DNA of 46,790 nt, counting the filler, from Jimgerdemannia flammicorona (Eukaryota), in the NCBI GenBank assembly GCA_003990765.1. It is 2 parts of 2 records of this genome, joined end to end, with 100 filler letters (N's around TTAATTAATTAA, not from the genome) between each part and the next. Parts side by side here need not be neighbours in the genome. Positions count along the whole stretch, not along the records: positions 23,458 to 46,790 come from RBNJ01001117.1; 1 more part is not named here. One strand, written 5' to 3'. This document shows, in pieces, positions 23,820 through 36,730 of the stretch. Below the pieces are notes generated by a model, which saw nothing but the letters and a program-made list of their open reading frames with translations, did no database searches and was not told where the DNA came from. How positions within the stretch are numbered: the first letter of the stretch is position 1; each line of letters starts with the position of its first letter. Both the position numbers and the translations under genes were made by a program.

Positions 23820-25596
23820 AAAGAAATATATATATTCTCTCTTTTTATAGTAGAAATATATTTCTTTCTTTATAAGTTATTCTATTTTCTTATTAGATAG
23901 TTCTTAAATCCTCTTTATGATCTTGAGAACTTATTCTGAAATATATACATTTTCTCAAATTAATATTATTTATCTTCTATATTGTTATTTCTATTATCTT
24001 CTGGCCTTTGGACTATAAGGATAGTATATACTTAGATAACAGCTTATTTTAAGTACTATTGCTCATATGGGCAATTATAGATCATCCCTATTTATAGGTC
24101 TTTCTAATAATCATTCAGAGATGGTATCAAAGAAGTAGATAGCTCAGGTTCTATTTACAGTCTATTCTCAGTAGCTATATTCTATTTCTATAGTATTTGG
24201 GAGAGTTCTACTCTTATAGTGAATATTTCAAGATCTTCTTTTCTATCACTATAAAATTATAGGTTCTTGAGCTTAGTTCTAGCTTCAGAAATATAGACAG
24301 AGCTTCAGAACTACTGAAAAATTAGCTCTTTTAGTCCTATGGTAGCTGGGTGAGCTTTGCAGTTAGGGTGACCATTAACTTTATTATATATAATAACTTT
24401 GGTATAAGTTTCTCAGATAAGAGAGTATACTGGTAGATTATACCACTACTGAGCTACTGTGTTTATAAAGAATGTAGTAACCTTTTCTACTTATGAGCCT
24501 GCAGTTATATAGAAATATTCAATCTTATAGTATATATTATTATTAAGAATACTATCTGGGCTTTAATTATCATTTTCTCTATTGGTATAGTAATTGGTAT
24601 TAACTTACTTATAAATATTATTATTTGATCTACTTTATCTTTGAATGAGATAAGGCAGAGTTCTTTTGTAGGTTTGTTTATTTCAATACTGAGATAGAGG
24701 ACTTGAGTAAATATAACTACTTGATTAGTTAGTATTACTATCTTATTATCTATTGAAGCCATCTTGCTGTTTCTATTATCTGTTTGGTGAGATGATTGGA
24801 GTTCATCTTCTTCTATCATTAGAGTATATTAATTATGATTAGGACTCAATTTTTTTATAATATCACTAAGATGAGTGAGTCTATAGACTAGTAATTTTGA
24901 TAGAGTAACTGTTTGATCTATTGTAATCTTTAGTAGGCTTGATATTCTCACTGGAGATTCTGTGATAGTGCTGGAGCCATCAATGTCAGGTTTTGGTATC
25001 TCTTCAATTATTTTTCTAGGTCTAGATAATATGACAGAGGCTTCACTGGATCTAGTGACTTATAGGTCTTATCACTGAATTATTTTTATTTATATATGGA
25101 GAATTCAATAATAGAAGTAGGATTTTTTTTAATAGAGGTAGAATCCTTTATAGTTTAAGAAGGTCTTGGCTTTATAGTAGTAATTATTCAGCAAGTGATT
25201 CAGAAAGTATTAAGTTATAGTCTTAATAAATTCTCAGATTAATTTCTTATAGAAATGATTACCAACTAGCTTGTTGAATTCCTTCTTGAGGTCAGAAGTA
25301 TAGAGGACTTCTTTGTTAAGGATAAGGAAGATATTGAATACTTTTATATGGTTTTATTTTTGAGTTTATTAAATTTCTCTTAACTGATATAGATATCAGT
25401 CTACTTAGTAATAATTCTATTGAATTCTTTAGCTTAGTTCTGAAGAGTATTTAGAGTGAAGGTTCTTCTTAGTTAACATCAATAAGGTTAGTGATATTAA
25501 CTAATTCTAATTATCTATAGTAGATTCTTGAAGATAGGTTGCTCATAGGTAAGGAGAATTTATCTACTACTATCAAATTATAATAAAACTACATAC
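23820..25596. other. Heavily decayed AT/TpA-rich repeat remnant, family not identifiable
   Basis: Essentially no CpG, strong TpA excess, no intact motifs. Confidence 0.35.
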
Positions 25597-27112
25597 TGTC
25601 ACATAGTAGTCACTGAGTCCTTCAAATATGCCAGATTCTCTTCAAGGTGTATCTCTTAGACTAACTCAAGTTTGTTATAAGTAAGTTCTTATTGAAGTAC
25701 CTTTCTAAGATCTTATAGTCCTCAAACTTCTTATCTTTAACTATCTTGTTATCTCTTAGATTGCTTGCAAGGAAGTGTGTGTAAGTGAAACCAGAACTGA
25801 CTTTATTTCAGAGGAAATAAGAGGGGTATTTATACAAAATATAATTCAATAGTTGCTAAGATATGTATAAGGCTAAATATAAACTCCAATAACTAAAACT
25901 ACTAAGTTCCAGGGTTGGTACTGATGGTTGTACAGGTTCAGGATACTGGTATTATCCAGTGTCACATCAAAATGCCAGTGTTGGAACAATTTTGTATCAC
26001 CTCAGAATACCAGTGCTGGCATTATCCAGTGTAACAAAGAACTTAGAGCAGAAAGTTCAGGATCATAGGGGCTTCATCATCATCATCACTGAAGGAGAGG
26101 AGATCTGCAAATTTGTCATGCAGATCATGCATTTCGCATACTTCGCATGCTTTGGGTATGTCATGCAGGATGACATCATTGATGATGTCATCACATTCAG
26201 CTGTGGCAGGGAAATCGGGAACAAGATCTGGAGCTCTCCAGTCTATGAGGTTCTCTTCCACAAAATAGGGAACAAATGTGGAATCTTGGAGAGGTCTAGC
26301 CTGGATGCTTGGGCCTTGAAATACTGAGATCAATCTTTACAGGAATTGATCTGGGTTGTCCTGGAGAATAGGATGCCAGAAGTCTTCTACTTCTTTACTG
26401 TTGAGAGTGATAGTGGACTGGGCTTCTGTAGCCACCCTGACTTCTAGTGCATTGATATGGCGAGATGATAGATCTCTGAAGTCTGAGACTCTAACATACT
26501 CCAAGTTGGAGATCAACCATAGTGCATGCCTGAAGATCTGATAGATCTTCTTAGCTGTCTTCATTTCATGTATATCTATGGGAGTAGCATCTTATAGCTC
26601 TTGGGTGCTGGTCTGTGGGAACTCCTGGTAGAGGAGGTTTCCTATTTCGTACTCCTGCCACATTTGGAGGCATTCAGTAGCAATAGTGATCCTTGTTTCC
26701 ATTTCACAGTGGTAGAGAATGAAGTGATAAGGGTCTATAGTACCCAGGTAGACACTGGGAGTCCTTCTTGAGTGGATACCCATGGCTCTTCTGATGTCTT
26801 GGAATATCCTTTCTTCAACCAAGATGCCTTGGTGGTTCCTTAACCTTGAGGTTTGGCAGGTGGCAGGCATTTCATTTGTAGTAAGTCTTTGAGCTATTTT
26901 GGGATTGGTGGTTCTTGTTGGTTGCTGCTACTGCAGTTTCTTGATCCTTCTTTTATATTCTTCAGGATGCTTGTACTGTGGTCACAATGACTCACAGTTG
27001 GTCATCATTGCTCATCTCATATGCCATATAATCTTCTTGTGCTCCGATCTGGTGGCTTATAAGGAAAGGCTGTCTCCTGTGCTGATGTCATCATTCTGGG
27101 GTCACTGTTACA
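25597..27112 (-). repeat. Family C 3' LTR (1516 bp)
   Basis: TGTAAC...GTGACA on the minus strand. PPT CAGGAGAAAGA at 27123-27113. Aligns end to end with 36731-38277. Confidence 0.95.
26043..26870 (-). pseudogene. Accessory ORF copy in the 3' LTR of C (two TAA stops)
   Basis: Three in-frame ORF pieces collinear with 37208-38035. Confidence 0.85.
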
Positions 27113-27479
27113 TCTTTCTCCTGAATAAGGATCTTCCTGAGTATCCTTATTCATTAGTCTAGTCCTGAAAAATTTGCTGATCCCATAACCTCTGACAAGG
27201 GTTCGAAAAGTGGTGTTTATAGGCTGGTATCTTCTCTTTGTATTTTGGCATAATGGTGAAGGGTTGCTCTCTTCATATAGAGTAAGGACCTGATTCTGAT
27301 CTTGACCAATCAGTTGACAGTTCAAACTCTTCTAACTTCGAAAGTCTCATGGATGAGTAGTTGCCAGTGCCATATCTCTTAGAGAATAGTCCAGACAGAT
27401 AGCCTGCTGGTCATGGGACATACTGTTACAATTCGCGGACTAGAACCTCATGGGCAGTCATCACATTTTGCTTCTCTTG

Positions 27480-28680
27480 TATAGGTTCATGGTACTTCTT
27501 GAGTCTGTTCCTATGTACTGTAGTAGACAGTATAGTCCCTGAGATTTTTCTAAGCTAGAAGATAGTTCCCTTGATATCTTGCATGTAGAAGGGTCCTTTC
27601 CATTTAGGCTCCAGTTTTCATGACCATGAGGCTTCTACCATATTTCGATACAGTAGAACCTTTTCTCCAATTCGGATGGGTTCTAGGGCCTTGTGATTCT
27701 TTTCTGCATTCTTCCTTGTCAGCGCTTGTAACTTGGTGATGTAATCTTCAGCCTTCTTCCTGATTTGGTATAGTCTCTGGATTTCTGCATCAATCTGTCT
27801 CAAAGTTAGGTCTAGATTTGTGGCTGAGGTTCCATCAGAATCTTCTTCTCTGAAGAGCAGCTCTCTTGGGGTAAAATGTGTGCTCTGTGACCATATGTCT
27901 TATAGGACAGAGAGGGCAGTTAGGAGATAGTTATCTCAATTCTCATATGTCTCTGAGATCTTCGCTAGGATGTTCTTAAGGGTCTTGTTGGTTCTTTCTC
28001 TCTATCTATTTTCTTGAGGGTGGTACATAGTGGTCTTGATGTGCTGGATCTTATATTTCTGATACATTATCTTTGGAATCCATTGACAAATTCCATTCTA
28101 CAGTTTATTGTGATTTGCTTTGGTGTCTTATAGTGGCAGATGATTTCTTGATATAGGAAGTTAGCTATAGAGAGAGCATTGGCTTCTTGTAATGCTCCTG
28201 CCTCTATCCATTTGGTGAAGAGGTATACAATAACTATAATATAGCAGTTTCCTGATAGTGTTACTGGTAGTGGTCTAATGATATCTATTGTGATGTGGTG
28301 GAAGGAGATAGACTCAATTCTTGATGACTCAAGTGCCTGGTCTTGCTGATCTTGTTTCTGTTTTTGGCACTTGTCATACTCTTTGACAAATTGGCACAGG
28401 TCTTCTTCTATTTTGGACCACCATATAGTTCTTCTTGCCTTATCATATATATTGGTTCCTTCTAAGTGTCCTTACTCATATACTTCCTTCATTACTTGAT
28501 ACTTCTTATGTTCGGATATTACTAGCTTTTCTCCTTTTCTGAGTATAGTGTTGTCTAATTCAAACTGTTTCCAAGTCTGGTTAATGATGGTGATTGTCCA
28601 GGGTTTGAGGTGGTTGGGCATCTTCCACTGCCCAAGGTAGCTGATTAATCCATAGTATAGCTCCTTATTCATATTGAATA
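27480..28680 (-). pseudogene. pol: Family C integrase
   Basis: GHLEG...YDKCQK, FTKWIEA, YHPQENR*RERTNKTLK, IGEKVLLY...PKWKGPFY. No chromodomain. Confidence 0.9.
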
Positions 28681-28697
28681 GTCTTGATTGGGGTATT

Positions 28698-30080
28698 TCA
28701 CAGTATCCTTGAGAGTACATTGGCATTGGTATTGGTCTTTCCTGAGTAGTGCTTGACAATACAGTCATACTCTTGCAGCCTGTAGATCCATCTGGTATAT
28801 ATTCCTTTGGGGTTCAGAGTGTGGAATAGCCAGGCAAGAGTGGAATGGTCTGTTTGAATGGTGAAGTATTTCCCAGCTAGGTAGTAGTGGAACTTGTCTA
28901 CTGTCCAAACTACTGCTAAGCATTCAAGCTTACATGACTCATAGTTCTGTTCTGCTCTGCAGGTATCTCGGCTTGCATAGGAGATGACATATTCATGTCT
29001 GTCTTTCTTCTGAGCTAGGACTGCTCCAAGTCCTATAGCACTTGCATCTGTCTGCAGGATGAATTCTAGGTTCCAGTCTGGTCTTCTGAGAATGGGTGCT
29101 TGGGTCAACCTGGTCTTGAGTTCATTGAAAGTTTCTTAGTTCTCCTTAGTCCATTCGAATTTGGTCTCCTTCTTCAGTAGCTCATAGATAGATGCTGCAA
29201 TATTGGAGTATTCTTTGATAAATCTTCTGTAGTAGCTGACCTGTCTAAGGAAGGCATAGACTTCTATGGTTGTTCAGGATCTTGGGTAGGCTGCAATAGC
29301 CTCAATCTTCATGGGGTCTGTGTGGATTCCAGTCTGGTTGATGAGGTGTCCTAGGTAGGTGATTTCTTGAGCGGTAAACTTGCATTTCTTGGACTTGATG
29401 TAGAGGCCATGCTCCTTGAGCCTCTTGAGGGCTAGCTGTATGTGATTGATATGTTCTCGTGTAGTGTTGCTGAAGATGATCACACCATCAACATAGACAA
29501 AGAGCTATTTTCCAATCTCATTGCTGAAGACTCTATTCATCATTCACTGGAAACTTGCTGGGGCATTGCACATTCCAAATGGCATTCACAGGTTGATATA
29601 GTTGGCATCAGGTGTGATAAAGGCTGATTTCTCACTGGTATCTTGAGTGAGACTGATCTGATAGAAGTCTGAGAACAAATCCAAAGTGGTGTAGTATTTG
29701 GCTTCGCTTTCAAGGGTGGTAAGGATTTCTTGAATATTTGGCAAGGGCTGCCTATCCTTCTTGGTGATAGTATTGAGCTTCCTATAGTCAATGTAGAGTC
29801 TTGGTACAAACTCTCCAGACTTGCTTCCTTTCTTCGGGGCTAGGACAATGAGTGAGGCCCAGGGGCTGATAGCTTACTTGATGATTCTGGCTTCTTCCAT
29901 TTCCTTGAGTTCTGCTCACAGCCACTCTCTGTAGGTAGGTGGTATGGGTCTGGCTTTCTGGTAGATAGGCTTGGTATCACCAGTGTCAACTTCGTGATAG
30001 TACTTGGGTTCTTGATTGTGGATATCTCTAAAGTCTATAGCAAGTACTCCTTTGTTCTGGTGCAGGATCTAGAGAAGTTG
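28698..30080 (-). pseudogene. pol: Family C RT + RNase H
   Basis: SPWASLIVLAPKK, MPFGMCNAPASFQ, YVDG (YVDD), KKCKF. RNase H FILQTDASAIGLGAVL, LECLAVVW, TDHSTL. Confidence 0.92.
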
Positions 30081-30159
30081 TTTCTCCAGGGGAAAGTTTT
30101 CTCCAATGGTATATGTGTGCTTGTTCTGGTCCTTGTCTTTCTTGTGCTCAAGTTTGGTA

Positions 30160-30590
30160 ATCTTGGTAGTGGCATAGGCTCCTCTTCCAGTAGATCCAAA
30201 GCCTTGTTCTCCTCTCTTGGTCTTGATAAGTTCAATGGCTTCAATAATCTTGGGCTTCTTGATTTCGTAGATCAGCATCTGGCCAATCCTGTCATGCTTC
30301 TTGACTTCGAAGGGGGTGGTGTGGTTGTGATTTCTGACTATGAGGAAGATCTTGCCAGTATAATCAGGATCAAATACTCCTCCTTTAACTGAGATTTCGC
30401 TTTTGGCCAGACTGCTCCTGGTCTTGATAATTCTGGCATGGTTTTCTGGTAACTTGACTCCAATTCTGGTGCCAAGTAGGGTGGTGGTCTGTGGTTCGAG
30501 AGTAGCATCTTGAATGCTGGCAAGGTCCATTCTTATGGCTCCTTCAGTCTTGTATTCTAGGATCTTGGCTTTAGGGTGAAACTTCTTGAC
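30160..30590 (-). pseudogene. dut: dUTPase domain in family C Pol
   Basis: RMDL, RSSLAKS, GGVFDPDYTG, DRIGQ, RGEQGFGSTG. Confidence 0.93.
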
Positions 30591-30938
30591 CTTGTGGGTG
30601 ATGTCTGATTCTTGTTCCTCCTCATCATCACTGTCAGCTTGAAGCTCTGGGGGCTGGTCATCTTCTTCAGCTTTCTTTTTGCTTCAGTGGCTTCTTGCTC
30701 ATGTTTCTGTTGGCGGATTTTCCTGACTTCACTGATATAGGACCAGCAGTCATTCAGGTGTTTGGAGCAGTACATCCTAGTACTATGGGGTCATCTTTCT
30801 TGAGGGGCATAGCCATCAATGATCTTGTTATACCACTGCTCATCTGTCAGCTTGGGTGTCTTATTCTTGTTCTTATTCACCAAGTACATAAAGACCTCTG
30901 TGTCTTCTTCATCTCCTTCCTCCATGTCTGGTAGGACT

Positions 30939-31736
30939 TGTAATAGAATGAAAGAGTGCGAACAGATGGGATGCGACAAGTGACGAATGACGAATGATGA
31001 ACGATCACGTGACCCAGCAATGATATCATCATATAAACGAAGCATGACATATGAATTACAAATGATGTGAATAATGCGAAATGATGTGGAAAACGATATC
31101 CAGCTTATCCCCAACAATCGGCGCTGCAGCAATAGTTACCACAGTAGCTGATCATTGCCTAGTAATTGAGGTCCTGATCACAAAGTTGTTTTTACCAAAA
31201 ACCACCTGACAAAGGTCGCGATCACCAACCTCATTATAGTTACCAAATTAGTCACTCATACTTAGTCAGAAATCATGGACCAACTTGTATAAATACCCCC
31301 CAGTTTCCATCTGAAATAAAGCAGTTTTAGTTCAGTCCTTGATACAAGAATCAAGTCTCCCCCACACACACACATTCCCCTGAGTCTTAGTAATGACATC
31401 TAAGTGACTCTAGTATTTCTGACTAAACTCCAGAAGCCTAGCTAACTTCTGCCAGAACTGAGACTGGTATATAAATCCCCAAAGACTTAAGTAAACCCAT
31501 TGAATCTGAATTCTAAGGCGAATTCAGTCTGTACACAACAAAAAACAAGACCCTTGAAATAGGGCACAAGAGAAAGACCTTTGAAAGATAAGGCACTGCT
31601 GCTACAACTACTTTAAGCAAGCACTTCCTCAAACTGAGGGCTTCTTGGTACACATTGTATACTAAGTCCCTAAGTAATAGTCCACTTCCCTAATTATCCT
31701 AAGGATAAGAGAGAGATAGAAGTGAGAGTTATTACA
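30939..31736 (+). repeat. Family D 5' LTR
   Basis: TGTAATA...TATTACA. TATAAATA at 31288, AATAAA at 31315. Confidence 0.95.
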
Positions 31737-31739
31737 ACT

Positions 31740-31751
31740 TGGTAGCAGTGG
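31740..31751 (+). promoter_or_regulatory. Primer binding site, probably tRNA-iMet
   Basis: TGGTAGCAGTGG, 3 nt after the LTR. TGGTAGC complements the GCUACCA 3' end found in many eukaryotic initiator tRNAs. Confidence 0.7.
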
Positions 31752-31929
31752 ATTACCAGCCAAGAAGGCACCAGAGAACACACTCCTGAAGTTGGAACAA
31801 GACCAACCTTGGACAGGAGTAACCCCCAGAAACAACTGTGGATTTCCAAACCAGAGCCAGAGAAGCCCTTGCCATTAGGACCAGGTGGTACCAGGAAACC
31901 ACAGACCCAAGGACCCCAAGTACTACTGC

Positions 31930-32536
31930 AAAATCAGCAGTCCCAGCAGCCCAAGATCTGGCCGAGACCATTTCTGACCTTACCTGAATGACAAGAGATG
32001 CTCTCATAGAAGCACAAGACTACCAGACCAAGTATACAAACTTGAAATGAAGAGAAGCCTCCTACAATATTGGTGACAAGGTCATGCTTAGAACAGACCA
32101 CCTCCATCCAGACACCCTGGCATAACAACCAGCCAAGAAACTCCGTGCTAGAAGAATTGGACCATACAAGATAGTGGAAAAAATCAGCGAAGTTAACTAC
32201 AAGTTGCAACTTCCCCACAATATCCAAGTACACCCAGTATTCCATATCAGCCAATTGGTGGACTACCACGAGAACCCATTCCCCAAGCATACAGTTCCAC
32301 CACCACCCCCAATTAGGATCAATGATCATGAGGAATTCGAAATTGAGGAAGTACTTGACCACAAGGTCCACAAATATCCCAAAACAGTCAAGCGTTTTTT
32401 TCTGATCAAGTGGAAGGGTTACCCCACCCATGATGCTATCTGGGAAAAAGAAGAAGTCCTGAAGAATGCATGCGAAGCCCTCCAGGACTACATGGAAACA
32501 CTCACCCCCTGGCAAAGGAAGGAACTACAGCTCTAA
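31930..32536 (+). pseudogene. Integrase C-terminus: GPY/F module + chromodomain
   Basis: IGDKVML...KLRARRIGPYKIVEKISEVNYKLQLP...HPVFHISQL; EEFEIEEVLDHK...FLIKWKGYPTHDAIWE. Confidence 0.92.
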
Positions 32537-33179
32537 ACATAAGAGCATACAGCAAGCAGAAGGATACCACATATTTTTAACTGGAAACATATAATACCCA
32601 ACATTGTGAAAAAAGGAACACTATGGATAACCAACAAGAAGATACCTGAGCAAAAGAACCATCTAGTATAGTATAGCAAAATACATTTGAACAACTCCAT
32701 TTCATGCCATCTGTGTCATCTCTGCTGGATGATGACAGATGCTTCATGTGAAACTTAGGAAAGCCGACAATGTCAAAACCAGTCTAAGTCCATCCACGTG
32801 ACAGATATTGTTACTAAGGAATTGCCTCGGATTACAAGAAAGTCTATTTCTGAGAGGTTTGAACCCCCAGCCATGACAATGGGAGCCCTCGCCCTAGACA
32901 AGGATGGCCAGTCCTCGCAAATGTGCCAACTAGACAAAAAAAAAGTAGACCAAGACCTGTTAACCCTGTGTAACTATAGATGGGTGACGAGATCTTTGAA
33001 ATCAGGATTTCCTCATATAACCAGCACATGCTCTACTTACAGCACAGGTCATGTATTTTGCCAGAAAGTATGACCAAAGGAAGGTCACATCAGATGGGCA
33101 AATAAGTATAAATACCCAAGGCAAGAATACCCCGCAACTCTCATCTCCCTTTTTCTCACAAAGAAAAGACAAGACAAGA

Positions 33180-34046
33180 ATGCCTGCCACCTGCCGCCAA
33201 ACTGCCCGCCATAGCCAACCCCTCCCAAGCCAGGTTGACTGCCTCTTTAGACACATCCAGATTGTCATCCAAGGAAGGAACTACCATTCAGAGGCCCTTA
33301 ACCTCTCCAACCAGAACCTAGGACACTATGTTCTCAACTACCGTGAAGTCATTGAAAGAGCCTACCTTGCTACCAGCTGCCTAGAGATCTGGCATGAATA
33401 TGAGATTGGCCATCAACTCCTCCAATGGGCAAAGGACCTGCCCACAGATCAAGTCTCTGACTGGACTCACCTAGACAGGCACAAGCAAAGACTTGCCAAG
33501 AAGGTCCATCAAATTATGCGCCATACACCCTTTGTGATCCCCAACCTCAACTATATATAACTGAAGGACTTCCAGAACCTCTCTTTCCCTGAGGTCGATG
33601 CCCTAGAAGTCAAGGTCGCCCAAGAAACCAACTCCTGGATTGCCCTCAAGTCTACTGACTGCAAACTCTATTGGAGCCCCCTCCTGAATGACAACCCTGA
33701 CCAATGGCTCCAAGGTCTCTCTGACCTCTTTGAAGGACCATCTATCCGAATAGATATTCCCAGGCATAAAGATCAAGAGCCCTACATGGATGGCCCAAAT
33801 CACATTAGATGGAGAACCCCTACACCAGCACCCAACTATATCAGATAGAGAACCCCTACACCAGCACCTATTCTAATGCAAGAACCATTTGCAGACCTCA
33901 TTGACTTCTCCATCCTGGACAGCGAGCCATCTGTAACCACCAACCCCCCTGCCCCTGAAGAAGATGGTAATGACTCTGAGGAGGATTCCTCACCTTTCTC
34001 TCCCCTAGTTCTCAATTTCTCAATCAACAAGGATGTTGATTTCTAA
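33180..34046 (+). pseudogene. Family D accessory ORF (289 codons, 2 stops), homolog of the C LTR ORF
   Basis: MPAT start. Ungapped core 34/73 identical to C by manual count. NPDQWLQGL..FEGPSI and FADLI.FS also shared. TATAAATA at 33107. Confidence 0.85.
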
Positions 34047-34057
34047 GGAGGGAAGAA

Positions 34058-34855
34058 TATAATAGAATGAAAGAGTACAAACAGATGGGATGCAATGAGT
34101 AATGAACGACGAACGATGAATGATCACATGACCCGGCGATGACGTCATCATATGAACGAAGTGTGACATATGAATTACGAATGATGCAAATGATGCAAAA
34201 CAATGCGGAAAATGATATCCAGCATATCCCCAACAATCGGTGCCACAGCAACAGTTGCCACAGCAGCTGATCATTGCCTAGTAATTGAGGTCCTGATCAC
34301 AAAGTTGTTTTTACCAAAAACCACCTGACAAAGGTCATGATTACAAACCTCATTATAGTTACCAAATTAGTCACTCATACTTAGTCAGAAATTGCGGACC
34401 AACTTATATAAATACCCTCCAGTTTCCATCCGAAATAAAGCAGTTTTAGTTCAGTCCTTGATACAAGAATCAAGTTCCCCCCACACATACACATTCCCCT
34501 GAGTCTTAGTAATGACATCTAAGTGACTCTAGTATTTCTGACTAAACTCCAGAAGCCTAGCTAACTTCTGCCAGAACTGAGACCAGTATATAAATCCCCA
34601 AAGACTTAAGTAAACCCATTGAACCTGAATTCCAAGGTGAATTCAGTCTGTACACAGCAAAGAACAAGACCCTCGAAATAGGGTACAAGAGAAAGACCTT
34701 TGAAAGATAAGGCACTGCCGCTACAACTACTTTAAGTGAGCACTTCCTCAAACTGAAGGCTTCTTAGTACACATTGTGTACTAAGTCCCTAAGTAATAGT
34801 CCACTTCCCTAATTATCCAAAGGATAAGAGAGGGATAGAAGTGAGAGTTATTACA
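34058..34855 (+). repeat. Family D 3' LTR
   Basis: Follows PPT AAGGAGGGAAGAA (34045-34057). Starts TATAATA (TG>TA). Aligns with 30939-31736. Confidence 0.95.
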
Positions 34856-34860
34856 GGACT

Positions 34861-35351
34861 CCTTTGTGGATATTGATAGAGACTCATACCTTTCTTCCTC
34901 TGTAGTTGATCTGCATCTTCTGGGCATTGAGATCAATGATGGCCTTGGCCTTGTGAAGCCATTGGTTGCCAATAAGGATGTCATAGTTAGTGGCACTTGT
35001 AACAATCACATCTACTGAGATGGTGGCTCCTCCTATCTTGATGGGGACTTCTCGGATTTTGCCAAGGTGGGTAGCTTGTGTACTATCTGCTGTAATATAG
35101 ACCATCTTGGTGGACTCTTCAATATCCCAACCTAGGTGGTCAATTGCCTTCTTGCTCATGAGGCATCCTCCAGCACCAGTATTAATGATGGTATCAAAGA
35201 TACAGTCTTCAATCTGGCAGGGGGTATAGGCTGATGTCTTGCACTGGTCTTTGGATTCTTCACCTGAGTTCTCAGATTCTTTCTGTGCATTGTGAGCTTC
35301 TACAATCTTGTACTCTTGATTCTTGGTGGTAGTTGCAAGTCCTACTCTCAA
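34861..35351 (-). pseudogene. pol: Family C aspartic protease
   Basis: IINTGAGGCLMS (D>N), DILIGNQWL. Confidence 0.85.
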
Positions 35352-35516
35352 CTGCTGTCTAAAGGCAGGAACTTTAGCTAGCTATCCAAAGATAGCATTG
35401 ACCTTCTGTTCCTTAAAGTCCTTGTAGATGTCATACTGGTGGATCTTGGTCTTGCACAGCTTCTGTTCCTTCTTGCTTTCACTTTCTCCTAAGACTGAAG
35501 TAGTGCCTTCAATAAT

Positions 35517-36605
35517 TTAGTAGGTAGCTTCGTCTAACTCCATATCTTGATCAATCTCCTCAGGTTGGGTCTTACTTTGAATAGTGACAGCTGGGGTCTT
35601 CTTTGGTCTTCCAACTGGCTTGCTGTTGCTCTTCTTGTTATAGGGCTTGGACCAGGTTCTGGTACCTTCAGTAGCAGGGTAGAATTTGAGCTCCTCATAG
35701 TATTCTTCATCATCAGTGTCACCAATCTCCTCAATGACTACTGTATTAGTTTGTTCTCTGGTTCTGCTAGCATTGCTTGGTTGGGCTTTGCATCTTATTT
35801 TAGTCATACAACTCTTTGTATAGTGGCCTTCTTCTCTACATCTGAAGCATATGATATTGCATTCTTCTCTAGCAGCTGCAAATCTCTGCACTGATCTCCT
35901 ATTAGTGCTTTAGACTTCTCTAACAACATCACCAAGGTGTGCAGTCATCTCAGTGAACTGCTTGGTGAGTTCTTCCACTGGATCAGCTTTGGCTGTCTTG
36001 GGGGGAGGTGGGGTTGGTTGTCTGTTTATAACTGTGGTAGGTAAGATACTAGTTGGCTTTGATGGCTCCATCTTGATGCTAGTTATTTTCTCCATTGAGT
36101 ATTTGGCAGTATATCTGGCAGTCCAATATCTCTGTGCAAAGACCACTTTCTGATCAAGGATCAGTGCAGCTGGGGTAGATCGGATTGCTAGGGCAATTTC
36201 AGAGTGAACTCCTTTAAGAAAGGTTGAATCTGCTATTTGTTCCTTGAGGTAGTCATCATAGCCAGTCAAGACAATCTGGTGGCAGATTCAGGTATAGAAT
36301 GAGTTAGGATCTTCACTAAGTCTCTGGCAGATAGTATTGAGTTGATCCTTGAGAGCTTGCTTAATCTCTTTGGTATAATATGTTGTTCTGAGGAAGACCT
36401 TCATGTTGGTAAGTTTGGCTGCACCAGCATCAGCAATGGTGGCTGCATTGAACTTATCTCTGGCAGGTCCTCTGAGGCTGACTGGTAGAAGGGCCAATTG
36501 AGCATCTACACCAAGGGCTCGTATAGTGGTGAATTGTTCAAAGTTTTCAATGAAGATCAGGATTGACTCTTCAGTAGTATATCCATAGAATGTGGGGGGG
36601 CACAT
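35517..36605 (-). pseudogene. gag: Family C Gag with zinc knuckle
   Basis: PPTFYG..., LRGPARDKF; CFRCREEGHYTKSC (CCHC). Confidence 0.88.
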
Positions 36606-36709
36606 TTCTATCTTGTCTTGAATTCTTGCAGGGGTGACTCTTGTAGTCAGAGTAGTTGTTGTGGGGTTGTTCGTTTTTCAGCTTGAAAGTGAGGGATTCA
36701 TCTTGAATC

Positions 36710-36727
36710 ACCAGCCAATGGGTACCA
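36710..36727 (-). promoter_or_regulatory. Putative PBS of family C (tRNA not identified)
   Basis: TGGTACCCATTGGCTGG follows the 5' LTR after an ACT spacer, the same spacer as in D. Confidence 0.55.
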
Positions 36728-36730
36728 AGT

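Larger units (their letters stand above)
30939..34855 (+). mobile_element. Family D: internally deleted chromodomain-bearing Ty3/Gypsy element nested in C, 5-bp TSD GGACT
   Basis: 798-bp LTRs, TSD at 30934-30938 and 34856-34860, PBS, PPT. No PR, RT, RNase H or integrase core. Confidence 0.95.

Noticed and set aside
27113..27480. Possible second small ORF between C integrase and PPT (and 32540-33070 in D)
   Set aside because: No frame could be assigned confidently and similarity to the accessory ORF is too weak by eye.
30160..30590. Host housekeeping dUTPase gene
   Set aside because: It is in frame within Pol, intronless, and present at the same position in three elements.
33807..33869. 36-bp-period tandem duplication in the D accessory ORF
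   Set aside because: Ordinary in-frame slippage in a low-complexity Pro-rich linker.
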